Origin: Chrysomallon squamiferum
Taxonomy: Eukaryota; Animalia; Mollusca
DNA length: 64,000 nucleotides
NCBI GenBank assembly: GCA_012295275.1
Contig: CM022679.1
Coordinates: 27,156,001-27,220,000, forward strand
Direction of reading: 5' to 3'
Made by a program: the position numbers and the translations under genes. The notes beneath the pieces are model-generated. The model worked only from the letters and a program-made list of their open reading frames with translations. It searched no databases and was not told the origin of the DNA. Below, one piece after another: positions 58,846-64,000 of this stretch. Every line of letters starts with the position of its first letter. The stretch's first letter is position 1.

Positions 58846-59288
58846 GTAAGTCAAAAATTTTAATATTTTCATTCTCCTTAATCACAAATAAATAATTCTC
58901 CGAAGTGTATTTTAGTTTACTTGTTATATGTAAGCAGGTATTTTCTTTATCACAATTCATGAAATGATCCGGTTATTCTCTGCATTTGATAGCTTTACTT
59001 ATTTATATGCTCTTTACAAGAACGAACTTAAGGAAAATATATTTTAACTATATTAATAGCTGTGCTTATTTATTTTCTTCCAATTTTATTCTTTCTTTTT
59101 TTTACCGAATTGTATTATTCTAAAAAAAAAAAAAAAAAAAAATCAAAAAAAGAAAAGAACAGAAAAAAATCATAAATCAATTATCGTCTTGTTTTTATTG
59201 AAGAATAATTTACGATTTATTGATGTCTTTTTGTTTAAACTTTTTTCTAGTCTTTAATTTATTTACTTAATAATTTATTTGTTTACAG

Positions 59289-59711
59289 TCTACAATTCCA
59301 AGGACAAACTGAAATCTGACAATCTTCAGCTGACGTTAAAAATAAAAAACCTCGATTCTCAATACAAAGAAATCCAAGACATTATCGTTCAGTTAAAACA
59401 AGACTATGAACTGTCGAAGGGCATGTTTCCGACGCAGAGGTATAAGCGTCTTAAAGACATGATCAAGCAGACGACAGCCGACAGAAACATTAAAAAGGCT
59501 CATTCTCTGATTCAGAAAGATGACGAAAAGACGTCTTCAGTTGTTGGCGGCTTGCTGGGACAATGCAAGAAACTTGCTGACGCCGCCAAAGACCCCGAAC
59601 CCAGCAGAACGGCGCGTGGAGGCAGTGGTGGTAGTGGAGGACTGCTGGCTTCGTGTAAAACGTTTGCCGGAATAGCCAATGACATAGACACAACAGTGGA
59701 TATTAAGAACG
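59289..59711 (+). CDS. Second coding exon of gene 2 (domain copy 1 plus linker)
   Basis: Acceptor tttgtttacag| and donor AACG|gttggt, phase 1-1. Reads LYNSKDKLKSDNLQLTLKIKNLDSQYKEIQDIIVQLKQDYELSKGMFPTQRYKRLKDMIKQTT...VDIKN. Confidence 0.85.
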
Positions 59712-59792
59712 GTTGGTTATTCAGTAATACGTGCATAAACTTGTTTTCTGGGGGGGGGGGTGAAGTGCACACACACACACACACACACACCC

Positions 59793-59827
<35 letters not shown>

Positions 59828-60158
59828 CATTTTAATTTCTGATTATATTTTAAAATAACAAGAACTGTTTTACGACGTCGACTTTAAGCTGCACAAGTAT
59901 GACAGCAAAAGCATAAAACATTTATTTGGAAATGTTCAGTATTTGTTGTGTTAACACCATCACGTGCATAATAAAGAGATACATAAAACAGTTTCATGGA
60001 AATAAAGAACGGTGAATAGAGCGGATTTAAACGTTAGAGCCCAGTATAGCCACACTTCAACCAATTTTAGTTTTAATAATTTATTTATTTATTTATTTAT
60101 TATTTAATACTTTGAATAATGTAAAATAAACATTTAGGACTAATTCTTTCTTCTGCAG

Positions 60159-60379
60159 ATCTGAGCAAAATGTCCAAGGAAGAGATCGCTCATGATAACG
60201 AGCTCAAAGAACAGCAAATTGAGAAATACCCTGCCAAGTTCCTCCGTGCGTACAACCGTCTTGACAAACTAAAACGAGACTACGAGCAGTCGAAGACCAC
60301 GTTTTTTATCAGACGATACGGTCAGATGAAAGCGATGATAAAACTGATCACCACCGACAGTACACTGATTAATAAATGA
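60159..60379 (+). CDS. Terminal coding exon of gene 2 (domain copy 2)
   Basis: Acceptor ttctttcttctgcag|, phase 1. Reads DLSKMSKEE...LDKLKRDYEQSKTTFFIRRYGQMKAMIKLITTDSTLINK*. The three exons sum to 675 nt = 224 aa plus stop. Confidence 0.85.
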
Positions 60380-60758
60380 ACTAATTTATAACGTACTGAG
60401 AAAATGGAAGAATGCTTTATACATTTCATAAATTAAAAATGGTTCGTCAAAGAAAGTGTTGATTGAAGAATATATTACGCAGAAAGTATTATGTAAACAA
60501 TTTAACACATACAAAGTATATGTAAACATTTCGTCACGTACCAAGTGTATGTAAACATTTCATCACGTATAGAGCATATGTAAACATTTCATCACTTAAA
60601 AAGAAAATGAAAAATTCATCGTATGCAGAATAAAAACAATTCATCTGAAGTCGGTAATAGATAATAAATTAAAATAGTTTATACTGTACAAGGTAAATAT
60701 AACGGACAATTTGTTCAGCGCTAGTTACTGTTATTATTTGTTATTATTATTATTATTA

Positions 60759-60796
<38 letters not shown>

Positions 60797-61073
60797 GTTG
60801 TATATAACTATTACAATTTAATGGTGATTATTATTTTTCTAATATTGTTTATGCTTGTTAATAAATTAATATTTTATATCTTATGATGTTTTGGTTTAAT
60901 CTGTAGTTTATTACCGTTTAAATAACAGCAGTTAGAGTACTGGCCGAAAAGCATAAGTTAATATCAGCGATATCACCAATTTTATAACAAAGAAGAAAAT
61001 AAAAATATACGACTTGGGTGGTAAGACAAAGAAAAGACATGGTACTCAAACAAAACGAAAAATAATTCACATC

Positions 61074-61155
<82 letters not shown>

Positions 61156-62122
61156 GTTAGCAGTTACATATATATATAATTTGATTGTCACAATATCTTA
61201 GAAAATGTTTTCAATATCAGGATAACAAACACAAAGCTGGTTTTCCATAATGTATCTGAGATAATTAATTTAAATTAGGATTTACCGTAATAGACAGCTA
61301 CTCTTCAATCTATTACGGCCACTGCATTGAAGCGTTACTTTTTTTAATGCACAATTTATCAGACGACCTTGACATTCTGCTCCCTTCTGGTGACCAGAGG
61401 TTGAGTGAATCCCCAAAGAATGCAAGTAACTATTTTATTTTTACGTTTGCGTTTTCAGTTTTAATAAAAAAAAATTCTTTGAGAAGCAACATAGTTTTTG
61501 TTTGATATTACTGTGGAAACAGTTGACATAAACGGTTATATGAGTAACGTGGTCATTGAAATTGACGTCCGCTGAATTATGGGATAAAAATGTTTCTTAT
61601 ATTATTTTTTATTATTTTATCAGAAGACATTTAATATACTTGGGTAAATGTAAAGGTATTCTTTTATATCAAGAATTAAATATAAAAATAAAATAATAAA
61701 ACTTAAGCTCCATGATTTAAGCGTTTATCATAAAGGGACACAACTCTTCTTTTGATGAAGAAAATATGGCACAGGTGATTAACATTTTATTCAAGGAAAT
61801 ATTTCTGTATTATAATTATCGAAATATTTAACGAAATATTACTTTTTAATTAATTTTTTGTTATTAATATTATTAATCAAATCCAGATGTCCTTTGCATT
61901 TTAATTAAAAATTTTCTTTAAAAAGAAAATGCAAACTGAACTAGTATTTGAATAACAAATAAACAATAATAATAAATAATAATCATAGTAATATCAGTGT
62001 ATTTAAATTAAACTAAAATTAATATTAAATAAAATAAATTTAGATAGTTTTTTTATTTACGAATTATAGATGCAAGAATGAAGAAAAAAATATTTTCAGA
62101 GTTGTATGTTTAATATTTTGAT

Positions 62123-62168
62123 ATGCTGAGTGAAGGCAGATATCAACCTTCAGCTACTTCATCTTCCT
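62123..62168 (+). pseudogene. Putative first coding exon of gene 3 (tandem paralog of gene 2)
   Basis: ATG at 62123, reads MLSEGRYQPSATSSS, donor T|gtaagt in phase 1 as in gene 2. Confidence 0.45.
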
Positions 62169-62638
62169 GTAAGTAATTTACTTATTATATATTTTTAAAA
62201 ACGCTTTATATTAAAATAATCATTTTATCTTACAAAACTCAACAACAACAACAACAATAACAATAAATTATGAAACGTCTTCTTCCATCAATATTTTTAG
62301 AATTTTTCCTCATCACTAGTTTTATTTTCTAAATTATTTATTTATTTTATTATTATTTTTTTTTAATGTTTTTGATGTTTATTTATTTATTTAATATCAC
62401 ATTTTATTATTATTTTCTTTATTTTCTTTATTATTTGTTTTGTGTTCTTCCTAAAATACATATAACAAATTTATTTATTATTGTCAGTTATTCTGTATAA
62501 TTATTTTTTGTTGTTGTTGTTGTTGTTATTACTACTGCTACTACTGATACCATTAGACCTACTATTATTATCATTATTATAATTTCATTGTTACTTTTAT
62601 CATTATTGTTATATTTATGATTATTATTATTATTAAAG

Positions 62639-62889
62639 CTTCATTTAATATACTGGAGGATGAATCGAAACAGAAACTGGGTTTTGATTTAGAAAGTTTA
62701 GAGCAGAGATACAAAAATATCGAGGACATCTTGTTAAACCTGAAAGATGACTTTCAGGATGCAAAGACAATGGGAATGTCACAGGCACACTGTCATCTTA
62801 AAGAGATAATTAAAAAACCATCACAAATGAAAACATGTCCATGGTTTCATGCTTTAACGACAAAGAAGCACTGGAGTCTGTTAATGCAG
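62639..62889 (+). pseudogene. Second exon of gene 3, frameshifted at about 62812-62817
   Basis: LESLEQRYKNIEDILLNLKDDFQDAKTMGMSQAHCHLKEIIKK aligns with gene 2 IKNLDSQYKEIQDIIVQLKQDYELSKGMFPTQRYKRLKDMIKQ. Adding one A to the A6 run gives TITNENM... and restores a phase-1 donor GCAG|gtttga. Confidence 0.7.
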
Positions 62890-62900
62890 GTTTGATGAAT

Positions 62901-63140
62901 AGGAAAACATTTTTGTTAAATCATTTTAGTCATATTATGTTTTATCATTTCTTAAATGTACATTAGGAATATGTGTTTGTTAAATCATTTTTGTTATATT
63001 ATGTTTTATCATTTCTTAAATGAACAGTAGGAATATCTCTTTGTTAAATAATTTTGGTCGTATTATATTTTTATTTCTTAAATGTACATTAGGAATGTGG
63101 TTATTAAATAATTTCTGTTGTATTATGTTTTATTATTTCT
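62901..63140. repeat. ~63-bp minisatellite, 4 copies, starting just after the gene 3 donor
   Basis: Units AGGAATA...TTTGTTAAATCATTTT...TATTATGTTTTATCATTTCTTAAATGTACATT start at 62901, 62965, 63029 and 63091. Confidence 0.85.
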
Positions 63141-63482
63141 TTTATTTTGTTTGTCATAATATAAGGAGCAAGTAAAAATGTTTCATATTAGTTTGTTTCT
63201 TTGTGTTTGTATATAGGTACAGGTGGGTGTGTAAGTGTGCTGTGTGTGTATGCTGCATATCCATATATGTATGTATGAATGTACATAATGTATGTTTGTG
63301 TGTGTCTGTGTGTATGTTTGTATGTATGTCAGTTTTGTATTTTATTATTATACATTTACCGAATTTCAAATTGCTACCAGATGAAAGATATGTCCATATA
63401 CATTTGTATGTATATGTGTATGTATGTATGTATGTATTATGTACCTATATAAGTTGTATATTTTATCATTATGCATTTACAG

Positions 63483-63687
63483 AATTTTGCAAACTGTCAA
63501 CAGATGAAAAAAAGAAGAAAAAATCAAAGCTGGAGGAACTACGTAAAAAGTTTGTACACGTGTATGGCTGCCTGGACAAACTGAAGAAAGATTACATCGG
63601 TTCAAAAGGATCCTCACCTGCCAAAGATGTGAACAGATGAAATCAATGATCAGCATTGTTCTAAATGACAAAGAGTTGCTGCTTTAA
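63483..63687 (+). pseudogene. Terminal exon of gene 3, frameshifted at about 63623-63625
   Basis: Acceptor catttacag|. KFVHVYGCLDKLKKDYIGSK aligns with gene 2 KFLRAYNRLDKLKRDYEQSK. Adding one A gives RCEQMKSMISIVLNDKELLL*, matching RYGQMKAMIKLITTDSTLINK*. Confidence 0.7.
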
Positions 63688-64000
63688 AATGTGCTGATTT
63701 ATCAATGGTAACAAAGTTGGTGATCACATCAGCTTTGTAAAGGAGTTAATTTGTTTAGAACTAATGAAAAACAAATATCAAAAAACATTCAGTTAATTGC
63801 TTCTGAATTCATTGTTTACACTTAGTAATGTTTGTTTTAATAATTAAGTAGGTTTTTTTAAATGTGTTGCTGCTAAATTCATTGTTTGTATTTTAGTAAT
63901 GGTAGTTTTGATATGTTCATTTTTAAGATGTATTTGTACTGAATTTGTTGTTCATACTTAGTAATAATTGTTTTAATACCTAAGTTCATTTTCAAAAATT

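Noticed and set aside
62805-63630. Programmed -1 ribosomal frameshifting in gene 3
   Set aside because: Neither site has a canonical X XXY YYZ heptamer in frame, and two independent shifts would be required.

Overview
AT-rich, microsatellite-saturated animal genomic DNA, not prokaryotic. A mollusc, perhaps a gastropod, is my inference from SINE fragments resembling a consensus I recall; this is unverified. Almost all ORFs in the supplied track are simple-repeat artefacts. I can support three + strand spliced loci, assembled by hand from GT-AG sites and exon phases. (1) A gene of at least 48 kb entering from the left edge, with exons 1135-1249 (last ankyrin repeat), 5541-5638, 17440-17701, 33963-34062 and a 2.1 kb terminal exon from 47092. 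It encodes an ankyrin-repeat protein with a long disordered, motif-rich tail and may have an internal promoter at about 13.7-14.1 kb. The terminal exon seems to switch to the +1 frame near 49030. (2) An intact 224-aa gene (58815-60379) built from two copies of a domain I do not recognise, with the motif LKxDYExSKxxxxxxRYxxhKxMIK. (3) Its tandem paralog (62123-63687), broken by two 1-nt deletions in A-runs. Introns hold many minisatellites, two of which end in a used splice acceptor, plus a ~235 bp inverted repeat pair, SINE/LINE relics and clusters of CRE, STAT, RUNX and IRF-like motifs. I see no rRNA, tRNA, CRISPR array or intact transposon. I cannot demonstrate a new biological system; the best leads are the unnamed duplicated-domain family, the frame switch and the repeat-built splice and enhancer elements.
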